This document shows positions 11,019 through 20,491 of a DNA stretch of 64,000 nt, piece after piece; position 1 is the stretch's first letter; every line of letters begins with the position of its first letter. Where the stretch lies: positions 1-64,000 of IMG/VR virus record IMGVR_UViG_3300044961_000262; one strand, 5' to 3'. The notes under the pieces were generated by a model. It worked only from the letters and a program-made list of their open reading frames with translations, made no database searches and was not told where the DNA came from. Source of the DNA: a virus. A program made the position numbers and the translations under genes.

Positions 11019-11347
11019 TTGTTTCTTATTATTCTAAGTCCACTCTGTAAATCTAACATCTTGACTTCATATTCAGCTTGTAATTTACTACAATTAAAAT
11101 ATTTCATTACTAATTTTACAGCTATATTAAACCATTCATCATGCTGTTTTTGAGTAATTGTAAATTCATTGATGAACATGAATTTTTGTTTAGTTAAATA
11201 TTCTTTAGCTGAATACATTTCAGCAGCTTCATCGATAGTCATATTATGACCCGCTAAAAATAATTGAATATCTAATAAATATCTTACTAAATCACTTTTA
11301 GATTTTTTATTGTTAAAATGAGTTTTCATCGTATCTTTTATCTTCAA
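11015..11347 (-). CDS. Hypothetical protein
   Basis: Operon-packed ORF. Confidence 0.55.
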   Translation of the reverse strand: MKIKDTMKTHFNNKKSKSDLVRYLLDIQLFLAGHNMTIDEAAEMYSAKEYLTKQKFMFINEFTITQKQHDEWFNIAVKLVMKYFNCSKLQAEYEVKMLDLQSGLRIIRNK

Positions 11348-11648
11348 TTGATGCTTCTAAAAGTAGTAAATAATTAATTAAATCTCCTATTTTTTCAGAA
11401 GTTAATTCTCTTTTAGGAATTTTTCCTTCATTTACTTCTTTAACTATATCCATTACAGATACTAAATGTTTAAGTGCAAATCCAAAAAGACATTTTTCTC
11501 GAGATTCTCCTGTTATTTCGGCAGCTTTATTAAAGTTATGTAATCTATCTTCATCTCCTTTAGCGTATTCTTTAGCTTTTTCTATAAGAATACGTTTACA
11601 TTCATTTAAACGATAATTAATTACTTCATCAAATTTTTCCGTCGTCAT
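11313..11648 (-). CDS. DUF1599/MazG-like all-alpha nucleotide-associated protein
   Basis: KAKEYA...DRLHNF...K.GDLINY pattern. Confidence 0.6.
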   Translation of the reverse strand: MTTEKFDEVINYRLNECKRILIEKAKEYAKGDEDRLHNFNKAAEITGESREKCLFGFALKHLVSVMDIVKEVNEGKIPKRELTSEKIGDLINYLLLLEASIEDKRYDENSF

Positions 11649-11988
11649 ATTCTTTAACTATTTCATTAATAGTTTTTTCAACGTCAAAAGGCGCGGAAGA
11701 AATATTTTTAATAATTAACATATCTTTTATCTTAGAAGTATTAACTGAATAATAATTTCTTTTTTTAAAAACATTAGGATAAGAAGCTTGAAAAGCTCCT
11801 TTAATTGAAGCTGGAGCTTTTTTATATAAATTCGTTAATATTTTATTACCTTTAATTGCATTTTTAATAAATAAATCTTCAGTTTGAGTTTGTTCAATTG
11901 TTTTTTCAGTATTAATTTTTTGTAATTTATTAACTATTGTATTTACAATTGCATTAATTTCCTGGCTGTTTAATTGTTTCATTTTCAT
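11629..11988 (-). CDS. Hypothetical protein
   Basis: Operon-packed ORF. Confidence 0.55.
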   Translation of the reverse strand: MKMKQLNSQEINAIVNTIVNKLQKINTEKTIEQTQTEDLFIKNAIKGNKILTNLYKKAPASIKGAFQASYPNVFKKRNYYSVNTSKIKDMLIIKNISSAPFDVEKTINEIVKEYDDGKI

Positions 11989-12611
11989 AATAATTTTAAT
12001 TGTTGTATTTCTTTTCTACGATCTTCATAAAAAGTAAATATTAAATTTCTATCTTCATAATTTTGTACAGGTGTAAATAAAGAAAGTCCTCCGCTAATAT
12101 ATCGAACTTCATCGTCAATAATTTTACCCTGTTCCACAAGAGTATCTTCAAATACTTTTACATAAGCAAAACTCATATTAGTATTATCCATAGTTTGATT
12201 ACCATAAGGAAAACACCAATTTAATTGAATTACCGTAGGATAATCTTTAAACACCGGAATATCATCTATATTTTCAGAAAAATATTGGTGTAAAAATTTT
12301 ACTACTTTAGCTCTTGTAAATTTTCCTCCTTTTTGAGAATAAAAAATTTGACCATTAATCGGAGAGTATTTAGGAGTACCTATACTTCTTTTATTTGCGA
12401 TAATTCTTTCATTATTTTCATCTAAACAGAAGCCTAAAGGATCCACATTGTATCCTTTTTTTTCTAACCATTTAGGTATCTTATCGATTCTTTGTTTTCC
12501 TTTTAAAGTAGAGTAGTATTTAGCTCTTCTACTTAAAGATAGAGGAACTTGAGTTGGATATTTAGGAAATTCTTTTACGTAAACATTTTTAAAATATTTA
12601 GGGTCTAGCAT
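11985..12611 (-). CDS. RusA-like Holliday junction resolvase
   Basis: D.tN...K..ED.L.....I.DD acidic catalytic pattern. Confidence 0.65.
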   Translation of the reverse strand: MLDPKYFKNVYVKEFPKYPTQVPLSLSRRAKYYSTLKGKQRIDKIPKWLEKKGYNVDPLGFCLDENNERIIANKRSIGTPKYSPINGQIFYSQKGGKFTRAKVVKFLHQYFSENIDDIPVFKDYPTVIQLNWCFPYGNQTMDNTNMSFAYVKVFEDTLVEQGKIIDDEVRYISGGLSLFTPVQNYEDRNLIFTFYEDRRKEIQQLKLL

Positions 12612-13574
12612 TTATTCTTCAATTAATAATTGGTTAATAAGTAATAAATCCGATTCTGTTATTTCTTCAGAAATAGATTCTTCAATTTTTGGTTTTTCAG
12701 ATTTAGTTGGTAATTCATCTAATAATATATATGTGTCAGCTAAATCTCTACTTCCTTCTTTAATATTAAAAAGTTTTAATAAATCATTACTTACTATTTT
12801 ACTAAATAGTTTATTAATTCTATCATAGTCATCAAGACTTTTAATTTCAATTTTTGAAATAAAATTTTCTTCTATAAAATCAAACTTTTTACTGTATTTA
12901 AAATCTATTGTATTTTTTTCACAGAAAGCTTGAATCTCAGATGTTAATAATATATCACTTTCATTTTCTTTTAAATAAACAGTAATTAAATCTTTCCATT
13001 TAATAACGCTTCTAGTTATAAAATTTAATGTAAATTGATATAATTTTTCTGGATTTACTGTTATTATAGCTAAAACTTCATATTCATTAAAGATAACGCC
13101 ATTACTCATACCATATCCTAAATTCTGAAATGTAAATCCAGAATCTAAACATTTTATAAAATACTCTAAAAAATGTAAGCTACTATATTTAGTATATTTG
13201 TGTATATCTAAATTTATAGCTTCAATATAATTAATTGAATTAACTAAACTTTTTATATACGATAATGATGATGAATGATTATCGTTATAGCGACTATTTT
13301 CAAAATTAATATTTAAATCTTCTAACTTTGATAAAAATAAGTTTTTTTGACTTTTAGACCATTTAGTTTTTGGTACAATTTTGGGTAAATAAGTAATTGA
13401 ACTAAAATCAATAAAACATATAGGAAGAACATCTTTATTTAAAAGATTATTATTGCTATCTAAAAATTTAATATTCGGTAAATTATCTCTATAATGTCTT
13501 TTCCAATTTCTTAAATCAGAAGTTAAATTTTCAATATTGAAATCTGATAACGGAGTAATACTATAAGTTCTCAT
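12612..13574 (-). CDS. Hypothetical protein translationally coupled downstream of E1
   Basis: 320 aa; overlaps the E1 stop by 14 nt; no motif recognised. Confidence 0.7.
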   Translation of the reverse strand: MRTYSITPLSDFNIENLTSDLRNWKRHYRDNLPNIKFLDSNNNLLNKDVLPICFIDFSSITYLPKIVPKTKWSKSQKNLFLSKLEDLNINFENSRYNDNHSSSLSYIKSLVNSINYIEAINLDIHKYTKYSSLHFLEYFIKCLDSGFTFQNLGYGMSNGVIFNEYEVLAIITVNPEKLYQFTLNFITRSVIKWKDLITVYLKENESDILLTSEIQAFCEKNTIDFKYSKKFDFIEENFISKIEIKSLDDYDRINKLFSKIVSNDLLKLFNIKEGSRDLADTYILLDELPTKSEKPKIEESISEEITESDLLLINQLLIEE

Positions 13575-14229
13575 AAGTCATAAATTCAAATAATGGTATA
13601 TCGTAAGTTGTTTTAAAGGGAAGTTCTAATATGAAATCCGGATCTTTTTTCATAGTAATATAATTAGTAAAAGCTCCTGTCATTATGGCGGCAATTAACG
13701 CTCCGCTATGAGTTGTAGCTTTTGCAGAACAAGGTTGATCCTGAACTTCATTATCATTGAATAAAGTGGATTCGTATTTTTTTTCTAGTCCTTTCGTAAC
13801 AATATAAATTTGACCTGACTGTAGTAACATTCTGCCGTCAATAAAAATTTCTCTGTTTTCTAAAGCTGACCACTTTTCAAACATTAATTTTCTTGCTGCC
13901 ATATTATCGAATGCACTAAAACATATTGGAGTTACAAAAGAAGAACTTTGAAATTTACCTAAATTTATCATATTAGTTCCTTTACAGAACATATCGTTAT
14001 TAAATTTAGAAGCTTCAAATTTACTTTTACCTACTTGATTATAAGAATATAATTGACCTCCTATATTAGGTTCGTCTATTATATCGTATTCGTAAGTTAT
14101 CATTTTACATTCTAATCTTGATAGAAAAAGGGATAGGTATGATCCTATTCCCCCAATTCCACCAAGAGTTATTTCTGTTCCCGGACTATAGAACGGGGCT
14201 TCAGAAAATCTAACTGTTGTTTCTTTCAT
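13561..14229 (-). CDS. E1-like (ThiF/MoeB family) Ubl-activating enzyme
   Basis: N-terminal RFS Arg finger, GIGGIGS loop, DIIDEPNIGGQ, FDNMAAR, IDGR, candidate catalytic Cys167 (QPCSAK). Confidence 0.9.
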   Translation of the reverse strand: MKETTVRFSEAPFYSPGTEITLGGIGGIGSYLSLFLSRLECKMITYEYDIIDEPNIGGQLYSYNQVGKSKFEASKFNNDMFCKGTNMINLGKFQSSSFVTPICFSAFDNMAARKLMFEKWSALENREIFIDGRMLLQSGQIYIVTKGLEKKYESTLFNDNEVQDQPCSAKATTHSGALIAAIMTGAFTNYITMKKDPDFILELPFKTTYDIPLFEFMTYENL

Positions 14230-15332
14230 TACATTCTCATGCTATATTGTCTTTCAAAATCTGTTTCAATAAAATCTTCAAAAACACTTTCAAAGCATCC
14301 AGTTATTGTAGGTACTACGCTGAAATTTGAATATTGAGTGCTTTCTGTTAAAATTTTGTATCCTTCTTCACACATCGAAATTAAATCTGATTTTCTATCA
14401 TTAAATGTCAATCCTTTTTGTAAATATTCAGAATAAATCATGTTATATTTATAAGAAAAAGTGAAATCATTTGATAAATCTTCTTCACATTTTTCAATAA
14501 ATTTCCAGTTTTTACTATAATGCGATTCGATTTCAGCTAAATGCGCATATAATGTATCTACTTCTTTACAATTAATAAATTTCTTAAAATATTTACGTAA
14601 TAGAAACTTTATAAAATTAATAGCGTTAGTATCTTTACTTAAAGTTGATAAATTAATTTTAGTATTATTCACGTTTTTTTTACTCAATACTGGTTTATTT
14701 GTAGTCTGAATCCTATTAACTTGATTTACAAAGAATTCATCTATTTCTTCAGAATAAAGTACTTCAATGTCCATATTATAATAAAAGACAACTTCTTCTT
14801 CTGAAGATAGTATTTTTTTCATTTTACCGTTTTTACCTTTAAAAATAAATTCTTTCGGTTTTATTTTTCCCATAAAAGCTACTCTAGCTGTCATTTCCAT
14901 TTTATTATTTACAATTAATGATAAATAATAGTCATAGTTTGGAGCATTTTCTTGTAACTCTTCATTGTCGGTACCTGAAAAAAATACCGACATTAGATTA
15001 TGTGAATGCACATGTGAAATACTGTAATTTAGTAGTTCAGGTTTTTCAGTAATTGCATTTATATAATCTTCATTAAATTCATATGAAGTGTATCCTGAAG
15101 TACCTTTATCCATCGGTAAAATGTATTCGGCTTTTAATTCGAAACTTTCAGGTCTGTCAATGAATCCTTTACTTGAATGAAAAAGTACACCTGACCATTC
15201 TACATCTGGAATTTCCGAACATAAAAGTTTAATTTGTTCGTAAACTTTATTAGATATAAGAAGTTTAGGTTTATTTTCCAGAAGATAGAGCTTCGGCAAC
15301 GATTTTTGTAAATTTGACGTAGTTGAGTTCAT
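14229..15332 (-). CDS. JAB/JAMM metallo-isopeptidase with C-terminal extension
   Basis: E45 (EWSG) ... H109-S-H111-x7-S119-x2-D122, the canonical JAMM motif. Confidence 0.88.
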   Translation of the reverse strand: MNSTTSNLQKSLPKLYLLENKPKLLISNKVYEQIKLLCSEIPDVEWSGVLFHSSKGFIDRPESFELKAEYILPMDKGTSGYTSYEFNEDYINAITEKPELLNYSISHVHSHNLMSVFFSGTDNEELQENAPNYDYYLSLIVNNKMEMTARVAFMGKIKPKEFIFKGKNGKMKKILSSEEEVVFYYNMDIEVLYSEEIDEFFVNQVNRIQTTNKPVLSKKNVNNTKINLSTLSKDTNAINFIKFLLRKYFKKFINCKEVDTLYAHLAEIESHYSKNWKFIEKCEEDLSNDFTFSYKYNMIYSEYLQKGLTFNDRKSDLISMCEEGYKILTESTQYSNFSVVPTITGCFESVFEDFIETDFERQYSMRM

Positions 15333-16533
15333 TTAATTTTGTGTTTATTTGTTTAATAATATAATTTTTAATTTTAGGGTGAGCTATCAAAGTAGAATAA
15401 TCTATTAAAGATTTAGTTTCTTTTTCTTTATCGGAAATTCCTGAATAAATTTTTAAGTCTATATATTTTTCTTTAAACTTTTCTAATAAATTTATTGTGT
15501 TTACACATTTATATTCCTCATATTTTTCATTAGAAAAGATTTCAAAATTTCCTTGAGAAAGTTCTTTACCTATAACTGTTGAAATTTTATTAATTAGAGG
15601 GGTAATTAAATTAACATCTACTTCTAATTTATTTTTTACAAGATTATATGTAAGAAACAATTCATTTTTATATCTTATGAGAAATCTTTTTAAATTTTTT
15701 TTTAAAATTATATTAGATAAGTTTAATCCAGTATTATCACCTATAGATTGAATTCTAATATAAGGCCCTCCTTCTAAAGATTCCCATCTAACATAGGCAT
15801 CTAAAGTTGTAAAAAATGAAAGAATGAGTTCATCCGAATCAAGCTTTATATGTCTAAAATTGCTTATTGGGGTATTTTCACCTAAACAAAAATTATGATA
15901 TGAGGTACTATTTCTTGGACGCAAATGTGAATGCAAATAATTTGAATTATATTCCTTTAAACTAAGATGTCCTCTCAATCCTTTTATATTTGAAATACAA
16001 CCTTCTTCAAGATTTAAATTTACATAAAGTTCTTTTATTAAATGCTTTTTACCATGACTATTTTCAATAATAATTTCAGGATATAATATTGTAAAGTCAA
16101 ATTCATTAAAATCTACAAATTCTTCACCATAATATTCAACGGCTAATCTTTTAATATTATTAAATACTTTTTTTGATTCATTATTTATATGATCTAAATA
16201 GTTTTTTATATCTTTTTCAAGTGATTCTTCTGTATATCCTGAATTTGTATTTTCATTTGTTTTGTAGTCATAATTAATATTGTACAAAACGTTAATATCT
16301 AAAATATTTTTTACAGACAATGTTATATTACCTGAGTTTACATAATATATCGAATTAGATTCATAATTATCAAAAAAATGTATTTTGTCTAAATTATCTT
16401 CTGAATAATTATTTAAAACAAATTCTTTAAATTTTACACAAACAGAAATGTATTCATCATCTTCGTTTTTTTCTGACACTACTATAAATATTTCACTAAA
16501 ATAATTTTCATCAAAACTTCGAAGTAATCTCAT
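15271..16533 (-). CDS. Prokaryotic E2-like (UBC fold) conjugating enzyme
   Basis: YLHSHL (HxH flap) followed by FC216LG, then ESLEGGPY; lies between Ubl and JAB. Confidence 0.72.
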   Translation of the reverse strand: MRLLRSFDENYFSEIFIVVSEKNEDDEYISVCVKFKEFVLNNYSEDNLDKIHFFDNYESNSIYYVNSGNITLSVKNILDINVLYNINYDYKTNENTNSGYTEESLEKDIKNYLDHINNESKKVFNNIKRLAVEYYGEEFVDFNEFDFTILYPEIIIENSHGKKHLIKELYVNLNLEEGCISNIKGLRGHLSLKEYNSNYLHSHLRPRNSTSYHNFCLGENTPISNFRHIKLDSDELILSFFTTLDAYVRWESLEGGPYIRIQSIGDNTGLNLSNIILKKNLKRFLIRYKNELFLTYNLVKNKLEVDVNLITPLINKISTVIGKELSQGNFEIFSNEKYEEYKCVNTINLLEKFKEKYIDLKIYSGISDKEKETKSLIDYSTLIAHPKIKNYIIKQINTKLNELNYVKFTKIVAEALSSGK

Positions 16534-16546
16534 ATTTTTTTTTTAT

Positions 16547-16579
16547 AAAAAAAAAGAGAGAAATTAATCTCTCTTTTTT
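16547..16579 (-). terminator. Terminator-like hairpin between Ubl and E2
   Basis: A9-GAGAGA-AATTAA-TCTCTC-T6; bidirectional. Confidence 0.7.
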
Positions 16580-16591
16580 ATTTTAATTTAA

Positions 16592-16981
16592 TTATTTTAA
16601 TTCATCAGCTAATCTTTTTAATTCAGCAATGCTGATATCATCGGTTTCTTGCGGATCACCGAATTCTCCAGATTCAACTTCATCGATAATTTCATCAAAA
16701 GCATTGTTGATTTTTTCACGTAAAGAAACCATTAAATCTACAATACTTAACGATCCCGATTTAACGCTAATAGGAGTTGCTATAATAGTTAAATCTCCTG
16801 TAAATAATTCCGCAGCAGCAGCTTCTAACGTTACTTTTCCTGGAATCATTGTGTATTTTAAAGTAGACTCTAAAAGTTCTTTATCTCTTAATGTTTCACG
16901 TAATTCTCCCCAAGTAGTAGCTGAAGAATTAAATGTTTCTTTTTTATTCTTTGATTGAATAAATACTGTTATTTTTCTCAT
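16592..16981 (-). CDS. Ubiquitin-like (beta-grasp) protein precursor: 76-aa domain ending VKSG plus a 53-aa acidic tail
   Basis: Beta-beta-alpha pattern (RKITVF, ETFNS, TWGELRETL), terminal strand LTIIATP, Gly at residue 76; first gene of the E2-JAB-E1 cluster. Confidence 0.75.
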   Translation of the reverse strand: MRKITVFIQSKNKKETFNSSATTWGELRETLRDKELLESTLKYTMIPGKVTLEAAAAELFTGDLTIIATPISVKSGSLSIVDLMVSLREKINNAFDEIIDEVESGEFGDPQETDDISIAELKRLADELK

Positions 16982-17951
16982 TGTTAATTAATTTTTTTGT
17001 TAGTTCTTCTCCATGAAGATAATAAAAGTCGGATATATCTTTGGCACCAAGATATCCCTTTTTTCTTGCCCATAATTTTTCAGTTAAAAAAAGAGGTTTA
17101 GTTCCGTAACTTTTTCTCATTTGCCAACCAAAGTGTATTCCTGCATTATCATAATCAGATAAAGTAAAAATGTTCTTGCTTATTTTTTCTAAATCTTTCA
17201 TTTGATTTTCAGTTAATATTACGCTTTCTGCTTGTGGAGCTACAGAAGGTATATTAAACTTATGTAAAGTTCCTACATCTTTGTAAGACTTCGTGATTAC
17301 TAAAAAGTCACATTTTTTAGGTAATAAATGTTTACCCTGTAAAGTTTCCTTAGATACGTTACCTAAAAATCTATACTCTTTTCTTTTAAAAAAATAAAAT
17401 TTCCATTTATTATTGTCAAAATAATATCCAATACAAGGATCTTCGTCACGATAATAATATATTAATCGTCCATTATCATCCCATATTTTGTCAATATAAA
17501 ACCATTTAGCGAGTTTTATAAACTCTGATGTAACACCATAAAATTTACAAAAATTTACACCAATGTTATTAAATTTTTTAACTTTAACTTTAAAACTCTT
17601 ATCGATTTTATTTAAGGATGGTTTTTTAATAATAATATTTTTAGTCGGTATATTTTTAAGATAAAATACTTCATAAATCTTTTGTAAAGCTTTATAATAA
17701 GATAAATTATCTACTTCCATAACTACAGAAACGCAAGTGTAAGTTTTGTTTATTGCAAAATCTTTAAAAAATAAGACTCCCGCATTCCAATAGAAACTAC
17801 ATCCAACTTTATTATCAACTCTTAAAGGATTAGTAAATTTTTCTGTTAAAGAACAGAACCCTAGATATTTCTCATAAACTTCTTCTTGACTGACTCTATC
17901 AAAGAGCCAGTCAAAAGAAATTTCAAGCGGTATTTCGGGGTATCCGTACAT
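16944..17951 (-). CDS. DNA primase (DnaG-like, TOPRIM)
   Basis: NPLRVD..VGC N-terminal region; VITKSYKDV, APQAE, DYDNAG and KDISD motifs typical of crAss-like primases. Confidence 0.85.
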   Translation of the reverse strand: MYGYPEIPLEISFDWLFDRVSQEEVYEKYLGFCSLTEKFTNPLRVDNKVGCSFYWNAGVLFFKDFAINKTYTCVSVVMEVDNLSYYKALQKIYEVFYLKNIPTKNIIIKKPSLNKIDKSFKVKVKKFNNIGVNFCKFYGVTSEFIKLAKWFYIDKIWDDNGRLIYYYRDEDPCIGYYFDNNKWKFYFFKRKEYRFLGNVSKETLQGKHLLPKKCDFLVITKSYKDVGTLHKFNIPSVAPQAESVILTENQMKDLEKISKNIFTLSDYDNAGIHFGWQMRKSYGTKPLFLTEKLWARKKGYLGAKDISDFYYLHGEELTKKLINNEKNNSIYSIKE

Positions 17952-17962
17952 TCTTTTTTTTA

Positions 17963-18499
17963 CTAAAAATCTAAATCAGCATTACTGGCGGTAATTTCAG
18001 CTTCTGACGAAGCATTAACTGATTTAATCAATTTAGGTTCTTCAGATTTACTAATACTTAAAGTAGGTTCTTTCATGTTTTTAACAGTTGGGTCATATTT
18101 AGGCATTTCTAAATATCCTTTATCGTTATAAAGTAATTTGATTTGCAACTTAGTAGTAGCATAATTACCTAATGAACGAATAAATGATGTAGCACAATCT
18201 TCCCAAGAATTAAAATTTGTTTGAAATTCATTTCCTGTAACTTCTTTTACGATGCGTTTAAGACGTTTCATTTGAGAAATAATCTTTTTTTCGTCATTAT
18301 CTGTTACTGGAAATTCAGTATGAGTATAGGTTTGACCCAACTCACCTTCAAATGTAATTCTTATTACGGTTTTGTCGGATGTTCCATCTTTTTTAGCATT
18401 TTCAAATGCTACTGTTTTAATTACTACATTGTTGTTAATACCCACATCAAATAGTGGGGTATCTCTGTTTAACTCAACGTTGTTTGCTCCGTATGACAT
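17963..18499 (-). CDS. Putative single-stranded DNA-binding protein
   Basis: Beta-rich, acidic/aromatic C-terminus (ADLDF); located between primase and AAA ATPase. Confidence 0.6.
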   Translation of the reverse strand: MSYGANNVELNRDTPLFDVGINNNVVIKTVAFENAKKDGTSDKTVIRITFEGELGQTYTHTEFPVTDNDEKKIISQMKRLKRIVKEVTGNEFQTNFNSWEDCATSFIRSLGNYATTKLQIKLLYNDKGYLEMPKYDPTVKNMKEPTLSISKSEEPKLIKSVNASSEAEITASNADLDF

Positions 18500-18508
18500 A
18501 TTCTAAAA

Positions 18509-18751
18509 TTAAATCGATGATTCTTGAACAGGTTGGTCATTAAAGATTTCTTCATTACTAGTGTTAGTAATTACTTCATCTACAATAGAATAACGTTTTT
18601 CACGTTTCTTCTTAATTGTAAGATTAAGCTGTTTAGCTATATCTCTAATTTCTCTTTCACTCAATTGCCATTTTTCGGCAAGTTCTTTAGAACTTAATTC
18701 GTTGTTTACGTCAGCAGTAAACGCTGCTTTTGTTACGATAATTTTACTCAT
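18509..18751 (-). CDS. Small HTH-like protein
   Basis: SSKELAEKWQLSEREIRDIAKQL helix-turn-helix pattern. Confidence 0.55.
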   Translation of the reverse strand: MSKIIVTKAAFTADVNNELSSKELAEKWQLSEREIRDIAKQLNLTIKKKREKRYSIVDEVITNTSNEEIFNDQPVQESSI

Positions 18752-18757
18752 ATTTAT

Positions 18758-19414
18758 TTATTTATTAAATTCTATTATTTTTTGAAAAACTTCATTTGTA
18801 TCATTAGGAATTTTCATTACACTTTCTCCAAATAAATCCGGAGGACATTTAGCTGAATTAGTTCCGTCATTTACTAACGTAAAAAAATATTCAGGTTTAC
18901 CGTCAGGTTGAGGTTTTGCTTCTGTGAAAAGTACAATGGTATAATCTTTTTCGAACATTCCTTCCCACTCTTTACCTTTGCATTTTACACGTCTTTCTCT
19001 ACTTCCTGATAATTCATCCTGAATGATTTCATAATGAGCTGTAACAAAAACTTCTTTTTTAGTTTTTTTCACGGCATCATTGAATTTAGCTATACCTTCA
19101 TTATAATGTACAAAAATATCATATCCTCTTTTAGTTGCTCTAGCTTCAGCCATTAATAAATCTGTATAAGCAGAAAATGAATCTATCACTATAGATTCTA
19201 TTTCTGGATTTTTGCTTCCAGAAGCTAAAGCGGAAAGCACCTCTATTGGAGAATTTGGAACAATTGTGTTTTTAAAATTACCTTTAAATGGTAAAGGTTT
19301 GTTTTCTACATTTACAAATAAAGTTTTATCTCTATTCATATTACGCATAGAGTAAGTTTTACCTCTACCCGAAGTTCCTACTAATAGAACTTTATAATAC
19401 GCTCTTTCATTCAT
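18758..19414 (-). CDS. AAA ATPase (Sak4/AAA_24-like)
   Basis: GTSGRGKT Walker A, IVIDS Walker B, SAKCP C-terminal motif. Confidence 0.85.
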   Translation of the reverse strand: MNERAYYKVLLVGTSGRGKTYSMRNMNRDKTLFVNVENKPLPFKGNFKNTIVPNSPIEVLSALASGSKNPEIESIVIDSFSAYTDLLMAEARATKRGYDIFVHYNEGIAKFNDAVKKTKKEVFVTAHYEIIQDELSGSRERRVKCKGKEWEGMFEKDYTIVLFTEAKPQPDGKPEYFFTLVNDGTNSAKCPPDLFGESVMKIPNDTNEVFQKIIEFNK

Positions 19415-19420
19415 ATTTTT

Positions 19421-20491
19421 TTAAATTTGATTGTAATTAATTTCTGATGGTTTCGGCAATTCTGAAAAATAATTAATTGCACCGTTAAACTTTAAATGTA
19501 CATATTTATTTGCGCAACCGTAATGTCGATCTTTTAACACCTTTAAGGCTCGATATTTATCGCCAAGTTTAGATATATCATAACCTCTATAATATTGAAT
19601 ATTATATCTTGCTGGTGCAAAAAGACCTAATACTACATCCGCATCTCTTTGACACTCTTTGTTGTTAGCCAAACCATCTAATGAAGGTTCTAACTTTTCT
19701 TCAATGGTTTCTCCACGGTAAAATTCTTGTTTTTCTTTTGCCGACTCTTGTTGCTGAATGTTAATTGTAATACAATGGTATTTTTTGCAAAATTTCTTTA
19801 AACAGTATTGCTTAGAAAACATTCCCATTGTTTCATGTAAACTTAGACGTGAACCTTCTATGTTTTCTTGTGATAGTAAACTTATATGGTCAGTTATAAC
19901 GAATACCCACAAGTTTTCATCAGTATATTCATATCCCTTAGCTTCAGTATTATCTGAATCATGTATTTCTTTTCCTGTTTCAGGATTATCGAAATATCGT
20001 TTTACATGTTTATAAATACCTGTTGGATTTGAAACGTGGTCTATTACTTCTATGTAATTTTCCATATCTGTTACAATATTTTCACATTCAGCTATTTTTT
20101 CTATTACTGATTCTTCTAAATTAAAGTTACCTAATGATTTTAATTGGCTTGGTGATATATTAATTTGATATTTTTCGTATAAAATCGTAGATATGATACC
20201 TAACCAAAAATCCTCTTTAGTTTCTTCTAAAGCAAAATAAAATATTTTGTATTTTAGGTGAGGATTAGATTTAATGAATTCGTAAACTGTTGTAATTGAT
20301 AGAAATTTAGCCAATTTAGTTTTACCAATACCGGAATTTGCAGTAAGTAAATAATACTTACCTTTCTCCCATCCAGGAAAACTTTCAGAAAATCTTTTAA
20401 AGGGAAAAACAATACTATTTTGTTTACCTTCATCTTTATTTTTCTTATTAGTTTTGATTTTTTGATAAAGACTATTAAAAATCTTCTCCAT
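19421..20491 (-). CDS. DnaB-like (SF4) replicative helicase
   Basis: ANSGIGKT, FALEE, ITDHISL, IQQQ, DADVVLGL and KDRH motifs. Confidence 0.85.
   Translation of the reverse strand: MEKIFNSLYQKIKTNKKNKDEGKQNSIVFPFKRFSESFPGWEKGKYYLLTANSGIGKTKLAKFLSITTVYEFIKSNPHLKYKIFYFALEETKEDFWLGIISTILYEKYQINISPSQLKSLGNFNLEESVIEKIAECENIVTDMENYIEVIDHVSNPTGIYKHVKRYFDNPETGKEIHDSDNTEAKGYEYTDENLWVFVITDHISLLSQENIEGSRLSLHETMGMFSKQYCLKKFCKKYHCITINIQQQESAKEKQEFYRGETIEEKLEPSLDGLANNKECQRDADVVLGLFAPARYNIQYYRGYDISKLGDKYRALKVLKDRHYGCANKYVHLKFNGAINYFSELPKPSEINYNQI

Noticed and set aside
13561-14229. ThiF/MoeB as a thiamine, molybdopterin or tRNA-thiolation enzyme
   Set aside because: No ThiS/MoaD-type GG carrier, sulfurtransferase or pathway genes nearby; neighbouring E2-like and JAB genes favour conjugation
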